From NCBI RefSeq assembly GCF_037392515.1, contig NC_090280.1, positions 54,301,037 to 54,365,036 on the forward strand: DNA of 64,000 nt, in the 5' to 3' direction. The translations under genes were made by a program, and so were the position numbers. Under the pieces are notes generated by a model. The model searched no databases. It saw only the letters and a program-made list of their open reading frames with translations, and had not been told where the DNA came from. Below are positions 36,402-48,065 of this stretch, piece by piece. This stretch comes from Haliotis asinina (taxonomy: Eukaryota). Position 1 is the stretch's first letter, and every line of letters starts with the position of its first letter.

Positions 36402-36562
36402 AGTGAGTTTAGTTTCACGCCGCTTTTAGCAATATTCCAGCGATATCACGGCAGGGGACACCAGAAAATGGGCCTCACACATTGTACCCATGTGGGGAAT
36501 CGAACCCGAGTCTTCGGCGTGACGAGCGAACGCTTTAACCACTAGGCTACCCCACCGCCCCT
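36402..36562 (-). mobile_element. SINE family 1 copy, near full length (tRNA-like head with A and B boxes at the right end)
   Basis: Reverse complement reads ggggcggtggggtagcctagtggttaaagcgttcgctcgtcacgccgaagactcgggttcgattccccacatgggtacaatgtgtgaggcccattttctggtgtcccctgccgtgatatcgctggaatattgctaaaagcggcgtgaaactaaactcactcac. Confidence 0.8.
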
Positions 36563-36941
36563 CTTCCTGTATGAAGACACACTGGAACAAATGCCCATTA
36601 TGGTCACCACAAGCCCAAAGCTAAAGCTAACCCCTAACCCTAACTATGTTGGAAGGGACACTGGTATATTAACCCACACTCATAGGCTAAAGGTATAGCG
36701 ATCTGCAGATCGAAGCTATCAACGTAATTGGATGAGTCCAGTACCACTTCGGCTCAAATTATACATTCTGATACTTCATTTCATGCCTCAAATACCTCGT
36801 AAAATTCAAAGGATATATGCTATAAACATTTAGGAGAATAACACATAGGATGAAAGTCAAAATCTTACAACAATCTTAGTGGCTGAATAAGTGGCGATAA
36901 TAATGTTTATTAAATCTGCTAAAAGTTGGAGATAAACTTAC

Positions 36942-37065
36942 CTAATAAAACAACTCGTCCCTGCCGTAAACTGCAACAAGGAAAAAACCTGATATGAACA
37001 AAAGCCTTCACATGTTTCAGCTCAGAAGCAGCGGAGACAAGTTTCACACATACACTACTAACTCA
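36942..37065 (-). other. MVP: Putative non-coding first exon (5'UTR) of MVP
   Basis: Perfect donor TTATTAG|gtaagt (revcomp of acttacctaataaa at 36936-36949), 1.1 kb upstream of the acceptor at 35850. The 5' end is set by the TATA position. Confidence 0.45.
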
Positions 37066-37135
37066 CTTCTGCGTAGAACGAGAAGTCCGGGGTTTATATG
37101 ACGTCTGTTTTGCTGCGCTGGCTCTATCAGTCGGG
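37066..37135 (-). promoter_or_regulatory. MVP: Putative MVP core promoter: TATA box CATATAAA (revcomp of tttatatg at 37093-37100) preceded by an ACGTCA CRE half-site
   Basis: The - strand reads ...agcaaaacagacgtcatataaaccccggacttctcg... Confidence 0.45.
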
Positions 37136-39057
37136 AGAAATGACGCAGTTTACAAGACACAAAACCCGTGACCACTGAACCGAAGAGACAGGCTATCACT
37201 GTGTAAGTACCTGACAACGCCCCAAATCAGCCTCGTCAGCGATTTCGACGACCACTGAGTACAGTATTTCACAATGTTTACTTCATGTTTCTACGAGTCG
37301 GCGCATGCGTAGCATATTCCGTACAACTGACATCAATGCGGATAACCTCAAGGCCGTCTGTTGCAATATCAACAGCTTCGTTGAACATAACCGAGTCGAT
37401 CGTATTTCAGAGTACGTCAGTAATAAATGCCATTCTATACACGGCACCTTTTGAAAATTTATGAGGGGAATGCCATATAACAGAACGGATAGAAATGGTA
37501 TAATACAGTTCATTTTGTTACATTCAATGTTGTTCCTGGTAGTAGTTGTTCTAACGGTGCTTTCTTGTGATAGACCTAAGCTTGCAAGCGTGATACTGTG
37601 TAAACGGGATTTGACGCATCATTCGGTCATGGGCCATTGCATCTGATTCGTTTATACATGTGAAAGTAATACTGGATTGTCTGTTAACAAAGAGCCCCTA
37701 TAAACATTACATTTAACAAAAAAGTTAAACGCAATGGAGTGTTTGTTATTATGTATGTTATCATTCCTACTGACAATACGGAGAAAGAAACATATTTGGA
37801 GAAAGGACTATTGTTTTGAGCAGTCGATACTACAGTGCACACTCTTGTGGAAACAAGACACGGTTATTGTGATAATCATGCATTTCATGGCAAGGCGCAT
37901 ACTTATAATCACGTAATGTGAAAGATGCATCAAGGACTGACGATGTTATTCATGCATAATTGCATACCATCCAATCTGACAGTCTATATCGACCGAGAGG
38001 TCAAGCAATGCCTAGCAACCCACACACGTATGCCTGTTCAGCAGATATCGAGGCGCTCTAGGCCACACCATCCGTCACATGCCGCTGAACAAAATATCTA
38101 TACCCGGAAGTTCATGGCATTTTCATATGCTTTAGTGGCGGAAATTTATTTCCAAGCAACTGGATTCTAGGAGGTTTCATCTGCCTTATGTTGGTGAACG
38201 CATTATATGTCTGATGATATGTTATCACGATAAATGCATGTTCAAAGTGGGCGTGTCCATTTAGCGTGCTCAGTCGACTTAAGACTTAATTGCATGCCCC
38301 CATTTCAATAACCAACAACCATGCAAGTGAATTCACACAACTTTAATTACAGTTTCATATTTTGTATATTTTCACATTCAAAGTTGTGTAATGTATATTA
38401 TCAACCTGAACATGTTTCACAAGAACAAAGGTTTGTACGAAGAAGAAAGACGAGCTGACCCGCTTTACAAAATTAAGTATCCGGGTCGGTTTTGATAGCA
38501 TGACATGTATATTCGGAACTGTCATCACATTTTGTCAAGCTCAACGTGATCTTGATTACTTATGGAACGAAAATCATATGATGAAACGGAAGTTTAAATG
38601 CCAGTATTATCAAATAGCAGGACAAATTGGACCGACAGTCCGCCACTTACCTTGTGTATTGTGGTGTGTGGTGCAAGACCGGCTGTGGTGATCAACCAAT
38701 CAAATCGCTGGAGCCTGAGTATTATCTAAAATTAGCTGTGACATCACTTCCCCAACACATTCCAAGCGGGGTTAACCTCTAACTTAAAGTAAACACTACT
38801 AGTTCGAACTTGCAACGCTTACGCACGTGTTCGAATATCAGCTCACGCACTATTTAAGACATACATTCGTTGTATGTATATATATTCTTGTGATGCGATT
38901 AAATATACCTACATATATAAATATCCTGAATGGTTTGTTTTATTAGTATTTACATGTAATGGTGTTATCGGATTAGTTTTATTCAGGTCGTTCTGACCTG
39001 CCCAATAGAGAGGATAACGCAAGGGGCTGAACGTTGTTTCATACCGGGTTAGTTTCC

Positions 39058-39186
39058 ATGAATTAGTGAGTATGGTTTAGGCCATACTGAAGCAATATCA
39101 GCACATTGCTCATGTGGAGATTCGAACCCGTGTCTTTGGCGTGACGAGCGAATGTTTTTACTACTGGGCTACACCATCGGCCTTGC
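39058..39186 (-). mobile_element. SINE family 1 copy (partial)
   Basis: ...gcaatatcagcacattgctcatgtggagattcgaacccgtgtctttggcgtgacgagcgaatgtttttactactgggctacaccatcggcc. Confidence 0.65.
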
Positions 39187-40211
39187 TTTGGATTCTTGAA
39201 TCAAATATGCCAATTTGAAGTTAAGTACATTTATATGATGGATCTAACTGCACATGTTCTTGTGTTTTGTAGGTCCCTAGTTACTGGAGAAAACATATTC
39301 TCTGTGGGATAACTTTCATCTGTACAGTTATGACGTGCAGTGAAAACATGTTAAGAATCTTGCATTGTAATGAATTGACAGACAGGCGAAAATGGAACAG
39401 ACACCCTAGTTGTTGTTATTTATTTCGCAGTCAGAATCCAGGATTATCGATTGTCACATTCCAGTCAAGTCCTTAAGTGACGTATGCAGGTGTATTGACA
39501 GAAAGAAAGAGTATTTATAGAAAGTACTAATTTCCCATGGGGCATTTCATTTACCTATAATCCGGCTTCCTTTGCTGGACGAAACAATGAACGATCTGGG
39601 ACCAGATTATTCGAGATACCCCTACATTCGGTGCTGCCTGGTTCCTTCAAGTACTACCGGAAAGTGTACGCGATGGTGTACACCCACTTAAATAAATCAA
39701 CATTTGCAAAAACTGTAAATGTATCGATAGATTATTTAGCCTTGACAGTATATAATGTTGACACAAATGCATATCTCTAATTACACTGACGTGAGGTGGA
39801 TACCAATTTGCTTGAACACAGGGATAATCTAAACGTTTTTCATTCAAAGCTGTTGCGTTAGACATTTTATGGCGATGTCTATCTTTCTGTTCCTGAACCA
39901 TTTTCGCACCGTTATTCTTCCTTCCTTCCAGCTCTGTAATGCTGAAGCCTTTATTGAATCCCCTTCTCATAAGGACTCGTTATCAATATACAAGCACATG
40001 AATTTGTTTCTATCACACACGCACGCATGCACACACGATGTTTCATTTTTGGCGAGTCAGCACATTTAAGTAAACTCTTGTAATGTACTGGTTAACCTTC
40101 ATTGGCCAAAAATAAAACTAGCGAGAGAGCTGGTGATACGATAATTATGATGTTACGTACCGACCCGTGAAGAATTGATTCTCAGAAACCGAATCTTAAT
40201 TGTCATCAGAG

Positions 40212-40325
40212 ACTATTGTTACGGGATGGCTGGTCAAGCTCGCTGACCTGGTTGGCATGTTCTACTTGGGTAGCTGGATGCTCATGCTGTTGAACACTGG
40301 ATTGTTTACTGGGGGCCGTCATATA
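40212..40325 (+). mobile_element. SINE family 2 fragment
   Basis: ggctggtcaagctcgctgacctggttggcatgttctacttgggtagctggatgctcatgctgttgaacactggattgtttactggg. Confidence 0.6.
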
Positions 40326-41456
40326 GTTTGAAATTATGATGAGTGCCTGCATGGTGGAGATTACACTGGATATCGACCGCAGTAGAGGGTTGTAAATAAC
40401 CCGAATCCGTTTATCATGTTTTACTTCAATTTTAGTATCGTTTGTTTCAATTAGGAACAAATCTGTACGCCATGCGGCGTTCGAAATAATTGCTGACCCG
40501 GAGGTCCGTCGCCGGTTGTTATTGTATCGGTACGCGGTTTCAGATACTATCTGTGATGTGTCTGTTCAGCTGGAATCTTTCTCATATTGTTTTCTTTATT
40601 AACATTCTGGAATCATCAATGATCCAGCATGTTACGATTACTTACAGTTTCACTTCCTGGTATTTCAGGGCTTTGGGACGTCTACACAGGTCTTCAACAA
40701 ACAAGACTTTTATCAGCGCCACAGGCTTCGCTAACTGAAACTGTGAAACGGTGTACAGTGTAGTCTATTTTGTTTTTATTGGTTTGGTCTTAATGCATTT
40801 GGCCTGCAGATTTCCCTGGGTCACATGCAAGCAAAAAGTAAAATATAATTATAACTCACTTATCACTTATTCGTGATATATAAAATGCATTTCTGATGAA
40901 GAAAAAAACAAAACAAATAAACACCAATTATAAGCTTGCGAGAATGCAAAAATGCAATATTTTGTACTTGGGTATACCTCACGCGAAACGAAGCAGTGTG
41001 CACTCAAGTGTGACGAAGCCTTTTCATTGGACATTGGTTCATTTGCATAGCCGGTTCTTTGTTTATGGCTTATATACCCGATATATGGTGTTAATTTCAA
41101 ATTGCATGTTGTTAGTGTTTGAAGTTTGCAATGCATATTGTCATTCGCAGACAGAAATCCTCACGACCTCATACTCCGAGCAGGCATACTGTTTCAAGCT
41201 TCGAGAACCTATTCACTGCACATGCGTTATGAGCTAGCGCAGCATAGCTGTTGAAACCACTTGGGGTTCATCGCTTTTTTCAACTTTATAGGTTGAACTG
41301 GCATCTGTGATGATTTGTTTCGGTACGTATATACCGAGGGGTATCAGAATCTGCAAAGTTGTGTTTTACGTTGCATGTGACCATGAGTGTTGTCATGTTA
41401 ATATAGAACCAGGAAACAGTCAGGGTTAGGGCAACAACATCGTCGCCGAAACAACT

Positions 41457-41562
41457 GTATTTCCTGTAACAGTGAGTGAGTTTAGTTTTATGCCGCTTAC
41501 AGCAATATTCCAGGAACATCACGGTGGTGGACACCAGAAATGGGCTTCACACATGTATTGCA
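41457..41562 (-). mobile_element. SINE family 1 fragment
   Basis: agtgagtgagtttagttttatgccgcttacagcaatattccaggaacatcacggtggtggacaccagaaatgggcttcacacatg. Confidence 0.65.
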
Positions 41563-41700
41563 GTACTTTTGCAACATATGTCATATTTGGGATTTCACTT
41601 TCTTAGTAAAGTACAAATTCTAGTACTTTTTTCGGTTGAGTCCCATCCGGGATTCGAACCCGCACCCTCAGAGTCAGGCACCTAATCGCCAGCACACAAA
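41563..41700. repeat. Partial copy of the foldback element family (one arm plus the central Pol III B-box-like motif)
   Basis: gcaacatatgtcatatttgggatttcactttcttagtaaagtacaaattctagtacttttttcggttgagtcccatccgggattcgaacccgcaccctcagagtc, identical to the arm at 41868-41945. Confidence 0.6.
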
Positions 41701-41831
41701 GTCAGCCGCCTAGCCTGCTCAGCCACCGCGACTTCCACAAAATGAAAGTCGGACAACTGGTAGTCTAGACTGCGTACTTTGTGTACCCCTCTGATGAGTG
41801 TAAATTGGCACGGCTCACACGGCCGAAAGCT

Positions 41832-42087
41832 ATGATTACACGATGCCATTTAGAAAGTGGTCAAATGCAACATATGTCATATTTGGGATTTCACTTTCTT
41901 AGTAAAGTACAAATTCTAGTACTTTTTTCGGTTGAGTCCCATCCAGGACTCTGAGGGTGCGGGTTCGAATCCCGGATGGGACTCAACCGAAAAAAGTACT
42001 AGAATTTGTACTTTACTAAGAAAGTGAAATCCCAAATATGACATATGTTGCATTTGACCACTTTCTAAATGGCATCGTGTAATCATG
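41832..42087. mobile_element. Foldback (long palindromic) element, about 256 bp with about 110-bp near-perfect inverted arms. The centre carries gggttcgaatccc (a tRNA T-arm / Pol III B-box-like motif)
   Basis: atgattacacgatgccatttagaaagtggtcaaatgcaacatatgtcat...gagtcccatcc [aggactctgagggtgcgggttcgaatccc] ggatgggactc...ggcatcgtgtaatcat. Confidence 0.7.
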
Positions 42088-42094
42088 CAGTACT

Positions 42095-42180
42095 TTTACC
42101 AACTTAAATTAAGGAATCGAACCCGGGTCTTTGGTGTGACGAGCGAACGCTTTAACCACTAGACTATCCGTCCTGTAACA
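42095..42180 (-). mobile_element. SINE family 1 fragment (head)
   Basis: aggaatcgaacccgggtctttggtgtgacgagcgaacgctttaaccactagactatccgtcc. Confidence 0.6.
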
Positions 42181-42242
42181 GACGCCCAGGTATGTGTGAA
42201 TGATCTTGCTAATATTAGACTTCAAGCCTGTCTGTATCTGAC

Positions 42243-42372
42243 ATGTGGTGGAGTGTCCTAGTGTTCAATGCGTTCGCTCGTCACCACGAAGATCGGGATT
42301 TGATTTCCCCACATAAGAACAATGTGTAGTGTCCGGCTGGTGATATTGCAGAATAATGCTGTAAATGGGCGA
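42243..42372 (+). mobile_element. SINE family 1 copy
   Basis: ggagtgtcctagtgttcaatgcgttcgctcgtcaccacgaagatcgggatttgatttccccacataagaacaatgtgtagtgtccggctggtgatattgcagaataatgctgtaaatgggcgaaaac. Confidence 0.6.
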
Positions 42373-42424
42373 AAACAATAACCTCACTCATTCTTTATAC
42401 GGTACATAGTACTGATGGTGATGT

Positions 42425-42592
42425 GAGCAGTGGGGTTGAATAGTGTTTCAAGCGTTCACTCGTCACTCCGAAGACCCGGGTTCGATTCCACACAAGGGTA
42501 CAATGTGTGAAACCCATTTCTGGTGATATTGCCGGAATATTGCTTAAAGTGGCGTTAAACATGACCCACTCACTCTGACTGTAATGGCAATG
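42425..42592 (+). mobile_element. SINE family 1 copy
   Basis: gcagtggggttgaatagtgtttcaagcgttcactcgtcactccgaagacccgggttcgattccacacaagggtacaatgtgtgaaacccatttctggtgatattgccggaatattgcttaaagtggcgttaaacatgacccactcactc. Confidence 0.7.
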
Positions 42593-43087
42593 ATTTAGAG
42601 ATTTTACGCGCGCTTTCCGACATGGATGTGTATGTTTCCCGTACCGAGTTCTGATCGATTTTAGACGATCATTTGAGCCCACTGGACGAGGATATTTAAT
42701 TCACTTCACTGGTCATTACAGACTTTATTTTAAAAAGCAGGTAAATATCCCAAGTTTGTGGGAGATAAAGAAATGTCACTGCTCTAACCCTACGTGTCGT
42801 ACTATGTGAGCACAGTTATATTACATGTATATTTTCACATATAACACTTTTCTCAAAAACATAAAATCTCGAGGATGAAACTTTAGCTTTAGAATATACG
42901 TATACAATTTCTTAAGTTGAATGTCCAGGCTATTTTCTATCTGCTTTGACGTCTAGTGTTAAACATAAACGCAAGATGCGCCTAGAGTCTGATGTGTATA
43001 GCTTCAGGGGTATTTATCTTCGACCGTTTATATCTTTAATGAGTGATGTATTTGCAAGTACATCGGATGGAAACATGAAAATGGTAG

Positions 43088-43248
43088 CGTAGGTAAGGTT
43101 CTACGTTACTTTTGGCAATAGTCCAGAATTATCAAGACGGGAACACCATTGAAATGTGCTTCACACAATTTACCCGTGTGGGGAATCGAACCCAGTTCTT
43201 CGGTGTCACCGTGTGAACGCTTTAACCACTAAGCTATCCCTAAATGGC
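43088..43248 (-). mobile_element. SINE family 1 copy
   Basis: gttactttggcaatagtccagaattatcaagacgggaacaccattgaaatgtgcttcacacaatttacccgtgtggggaatcgaacccagttcttcggtgtcaccgtgtgaacgctttaaccactaagctatccc. Confidence 0.7.
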
Positions 43249-43371
43249 AGACACTAAACATTTGTGAAAAAGTCGGGACCGTATATGATCCCATAGCTCA
43301 AGGAGGGACAAAAAAAATGCTTTCAGGTTTTGCTGTCTCTTATGCTTCACTTAGTTTTGTCTGCTGTTTAA

Positions 43372-43458
43372 CGGTGGTGTGTGTGTGCGTGTGTGCGTGC
43401 GTGTGTGTGCGCGCGCGCATGTGTGTGTGCGTGTGTGCGCGTGTGTGCGTGCGTAAAT
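43372..43458. repeat. (GT)n/(GC)n compound microsatellite
   Basis: ggtgtgtgtgtgcgtgtgtgcgtgcgtgtgtgtgcgcgcgcgcatgtgtgtgtgcgtgtgtgcgcgtgtgtgcgtgcg. Confidence 0.9.
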
Positions 43459-44029
43459 AAAAAGGTATCAGCAGAGTTTTTAGTGATTGACTTAAGTTGC
43501 GTATAATAGGAACACGATGACATGTGTCACCCAAAACACCAGGCCTGACCAGCTGACACCGTTAGTCATCTCTTTGGACAAGATTTCTATCCCGGACCTT
43601 CACTGGTCTTGCTGTCTCTAATCAGGTTTGGAACGTGCGCAGCGCAGTAGCCACATATACATTGGGTGTCATTCCTGATTTTGGCGGTATTCAAGAAGGT
43701 CGATAACTGAATAACTGTAGGCCATTGAGTTTGACAACCACCTTGCATCACATAGTTGTTATAGTGCTTGTTTCTCACATTTTTAAAGTGAATATCGCAC
43801 GTATGCAACTTGTCCTAAGAACGACATTTTCATGACATATTTTGGTCCAATGTTAGTGAAACGATACTTCGTTGCATGTCGTGCATCAAATACTGTGGAA
43901 ATACTCCTCATAACGCTGTTCTTGAAATACTTATTTCACATTATACCAATCGCATGTTAGGTGTGAACCATATGATCATACCCCAAAACATTAACTGAAA
44001 AGGTACAAAATGATGTCATCTAAGTGAGA

Positions 44030-44225
44030 ACTCGTCATATGACCCGTGTATCCCCACTTCATTATTCACGTTGTATAAGGTGAGATGAAAGTGGGTGTAA
44101 TGTCACACTTAAAAATATCTCTCTCATATGACCTGTGTATCCCCACTTCATTATTCACGTTGTATAAGGTGAGATGAAAGTGGGTGTAATGTCACACTTA
44201 AGAATATCTCTCTCATATGACGTAT
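44030..44225. repeat. Two tandem copies of a 93-bp unit that contains an internal hairpin
   Basis: tcatatgacc.gtgtatccccacttcattattcacgttgtataaggtgagatgaaagtgggtgtaatgtcacacttaa.aatatctctc occurs twice. Confidence 0.85.
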
Positions 44226-45099
44226 GAGCACATCTGCATGTGTATGAGCCTATGTGTACGTGTGGCCGTTTGTACTACCCCAGCCTAAAGCTGGTTTTAT
44301 AGAGCCAGCTCTCGGAGATACCACGCCGCAGTTTAGCATGTATACCCTACTTAGACACATTCATTGCGACTCACTGCGGGCAGATCAGTCCTTGTTTTAC
44401 GCATTAATGCCGAGCACGTGACAGCAGAGACCATATAATATTATATGGTCTCTGGTGACAGGAAACAGAATTTTTTTATTATTTTTTTTGCTTTTTTTGT
44501 GATTTATTTATTTATTTTTTTCGTATAGACTGCCTGTTGGTTGTTAATTTGATCTACGTTGATTCATAACGTAGCTCAGTATTTTGGTTCATACCTCAGT
44601 GAACCGAAAATACGCATTCGCATTCAATCAAAATATGAAAGCCAACTTAGAAATTAAAACGAAAACAAACAAAGTGATAAAACATTGCTTTTTTAAAATC
44701 AGACACAAGCATATCTTTTTTATTAATTGTTGTACAACACTGAGCTACGATGGGATTTAACTGAAACTGCTCAGATTAATTGAAGAAAGAACATGCTTTA
44801 AACAGAACAGAATGAAATCAAAATAAATACTTCAAGCGCAATCTTTATTAATGTACGTACACACTACACAAAATGGTACCTGAGAAATACCGACAACTGT
44901 CTAAAACTTCGGGAACCATTTCCGTGCATGTACACGTGTATGGTTTGCTATAAACTCTTGTATGAATGAAATAATGCCGCTGAGACGCGAAATCATAACT
45001 CACACACTCACATTTATAAACTTCAAGTCGAGATTTCAGATCAAATAAATCCACAGCAAGTCTAGATTTATTCCTGCTTGTTTACTTCCGGGTTACGAA

Positions 45100-45489
45100 G
45101 GTTAAGGACAAGTAAATTGTGGATGTCAAGGCGAAACGTGAGTTAGTTACATGACGCTGCATTTTGGTGTGAAACGTCGAGGTTTGCAGCTTTAGCCGCC
45201 ACTGGCGTGTCGAATGAGTCATATTAAAGGACATAAGAGCTTGTCACGTCGCTATAATAGCTTGTCATCAACGTAAACATAGCCCTCTCTCCGCGCTGTG
45301 CGCCTGTGTTCGTGTGAGTGCCGATAAGGGCTAACGGCTGGGCCAAGTAACGTTGACTCGTCTACCATCTAACCTAGGTATACTTTGTTCCAATAGATGC
45401 CAACCGACAGATATAGACCCACAAACTAACTACAGTGGATCTCACCTGAAGAACAGATTGTAAACCCGGGAGACAGGCATAGAAAGGTG
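45100..45489 (+). promoter_or_regulatory. CpG-rich candidate promoter plus a short non-coding exon ending at donor AAAG|gtgagt (45485/45486). It could be the untranslated first exon of ASL
   Basis: CpG-dense relative to its AT-rich flanks. TATA-like cgctataatagc near 45250. AP-1-like tgagtca near 45213. Consensus donor gaaag|gtgagtagc. Confidence 0.3.
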
Positions 45490-45902
45490 AGTAGCGCTTT
45501 CTTTTCAGCAATATTGGCAGTGTGGGGATGGGGGAAGAGGGAGGGGGAACTTCATTTGGGTGAGACAGTTACGTCATGACCTGTGATCATTGATGATGAA
45601 AGACTTCGGTCGTGTCGCCACTGTATTTACACATTCGAGGTAACTCCCGACCTGAGGTGACAGAGGTCAGTCAGGTCGTTGGCTATCAAGTATTGTTAAA
45701 ACAGATGTGATTTATTTCAGCACGCCGATCTTCAGTGGACATAACCAAAATTGTCACACCACACATAAACACATAAATAGCTGTACTTTGGACAATGCTA
45801 TTCACTTTGGACCCTCAACAGTGACATAATACCTCTCAACATGGAGATTTATGGACACCTGGGTTTCATGGGATGAGGTGGTCAGTTTTTCTGACTTAGT
45901 TG

Positions 45903-45995
45903 ACACATCATCTTATCCCACTTGCACCCATGCTCATGCTGTTGATCACTGGACTGTCTGGTCCAGGCTCAGTTATACAGATTGCTGAGAGCGGC
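45903..45995 (+). mobile_element. SINE family 2 fragment
   Basis: cacccatgctcatgctgttgatcactggactgtctggtccaggctcagttatacagattgctgagagcggcgtataac. Confidence 0.6.
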
Positions 45996-47809
45996 GTATA
46001 ACAAGAAACAAACCAGAGGTCCAGATAAGCCCAGAGCAGATATCTGGGTAAAATATAAATAGAAAATTTCCAATTATGCATTGAAAAATAATTGTTGCAT
46101 ACCAATTACACATTTAAAATGTGAGATACGCAAACAGTTCAAAACGTGTGAAGAACAAATTATGAAAATCTGTTGCGTTATGAAAAAGACACTGTTGCTT
46201 TTAAGGTGTACTGATTTTTATAGCATGATGATGTGTTTCTGATAGAATAAGTCAGTATGGTATTTATTTAGATAGAATAAGTCATTATGTTATTTGATGT
46301 TAATGTTTAGTGGTGTGTTTATCGAGAAGTGATAAATAGCAAAGAAAGATAACTCAACTTTGTTAACATTGTGAAAATAAATAGCTACATTTTGAGCAGA
46401 TATGAGAGGAAATACAAGTTTATTTGCAGTTTGAAACTGAAAGCAGCAGTTATCTAGTATCCAGTGAACAAGTAAGAAACCATTCATTATTTGATTGCCC
46501 AAAATGAAAACTGACTTGTTCCGTGTGTCAGGCAGTTTTTTAACCCCAGGTTAGACTGACATATCCAACCTCATGTAGTAAGTCATATATTGCCGTCACT
46601 CTCAGTTGGGAAATACAAGACACTGGATACTTCATTGTGAAATTGATATGACACACTTGTGAGTGATAACCTTTATAACAGCAATCATCATATCACCTAG
46701 CTGTCACTCATATATAGAGATTGATAACTGAGTGTGGATTTGTATTATTATCATATATTAGGAATAAAATGCAAGCCTTGGCAAGTATAGGACAGTTTTG
46801 TTCCTAATGTATATGATATTAAATGTATGGAAAGACACAAGTGTAATGCTCTCTTTATCTTGTAATGGCATTCTTTAAATTACTCAAAAAAGCAGCCAAT
46901 CGTACGTGATGTTTTGTGAAAAGAATCCAACATTTGCCTAAGAATACTTACCAATGCACCAAGGTGAAGGTCATTCGCACGCCATTTTTGGCAATGCTAG
47001 GGAAACCCCCCTGTAACTTGTGACTGCGTCTTCAATGAAATGTAACTTTTTAGGATTCACATGGCTCGTATGCACTTTTGAGAAAGTAGTTCATGTATTG
47101 ACCCAATTTGCATATTTATCAGATTTGGATACCAAGTTTATAAGATTGCTTTACTGCACTGATAACATCCTCCATAATATGATCAATTCAGTTGTGAACA
47201 CACAGCTGATGGATCCAAGTTGTGAGTTATTAAACAACAGATGCTGACAAAAACGATCAACAAACTGTTTTGTGTGAGTCATCATGGGCAACAGAGTCTG
47301 AATATCCTGTACGTACAAAGCAGATGTACATTTTTTGATGCAGAATGGGAAGAGTGAGTGAGTGAGTTTGTTTCCTATACTGTTCCTGCTTTTGAACCTC
47401 CATTCCTGATTTTGTATTAAACATGCGGTCTTACCATGTCTGCATCAAAGCAAAGTTGGGTTTAAAAGCTACTTATCTAGACAAAGCTTTAAACACAAAT
47501 GTAATTTACAAGTGAAACAGTGCATGAAACATACACCACATTATGTTCACAATTAGAGCATAGCTTTTCCATTACATACTTTACGGGTGAGTCTGATGTC
47601 TCATAAGGTCAAAGCTGCGATGCAAACGTCACATGCAACACGTGTGACGAGTGTGTGTTGATTACTACAGTAGTGTTTATGTAGAGGTGATAACTGCATT
47701 GTATGTGTAAAGAAAGAGTACAGAATATTCCCCTTGGATGATTAGTGTTGGAACTTATGTTCAGTCACTCATGCATGTCATCAGTGACTAAGAGGATAGG
47801 TTGTTCAGA

Positions 47810-48065
47810 CTCGATAACTCAGTGACTCATTGTGTGAAAAATTGGTGACTTGGTGATTCAAAAATTGAAGACTCGGTGACACAAAAATTGGTGACATGGT
47901 GACTCAAAAATTGAAGACTCAGTGACTCAAAAATTTGTGACATGGTGTCTCAAAACTTTGTGACATTGTGACTCAAAAATTTGAGACAAGGTGACTCAAA
48001 AATTTGTGAATTGGTGACTAAAAAATTGCTGACTTGCTGACTTAAATATTGGTGACTCAGTGACT
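47810..48065. repeat. About 19-bp satellite, about 13 copies (ggtgactcaaaaatttgtga and variants)
   Basis: Direct reading. Confidence 0.85.

Noticed and set aside
36626-36650. Telomere-like (CCCTAA)2-3
   Set aside because: Only 2-3 units are present. An interstitial occurrence this short is not meaningful.
37200-38900. Possible second (divergent) promoter or gene upstream of MVP (CpG-containing stretches, CCAAT and TGACATCA motifs near 38690-38740)
   Set aside because: There is no supporting ORF or exon with homology and no clear donor site. The motifs are individually weak. I leave it unannotated.
40206-40460. ORF on the - strand with VQQHEHPATQVEHANQVSELDQP
   Set aside because: It is the translation of a SINE family 2 copy. 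The same peptide-like string recurs wherever that SINE occurs.
41600-41760. Possible tRNA gene on the - strand (GGTTCGAATCC T-loop, gtggctgagcaggctaggcggctgact resembling a Ser/Leu-type D-arm)
   Set aside because: I could not assemble a 7-bp acceptor stem or an anticodon stem. The B-box motif is part of the palindromic repeat centre and is duplicated at 41944-41976. I treat it as a tRNA-derived repeat, not a gene. tRNAscan-SE would settle this.
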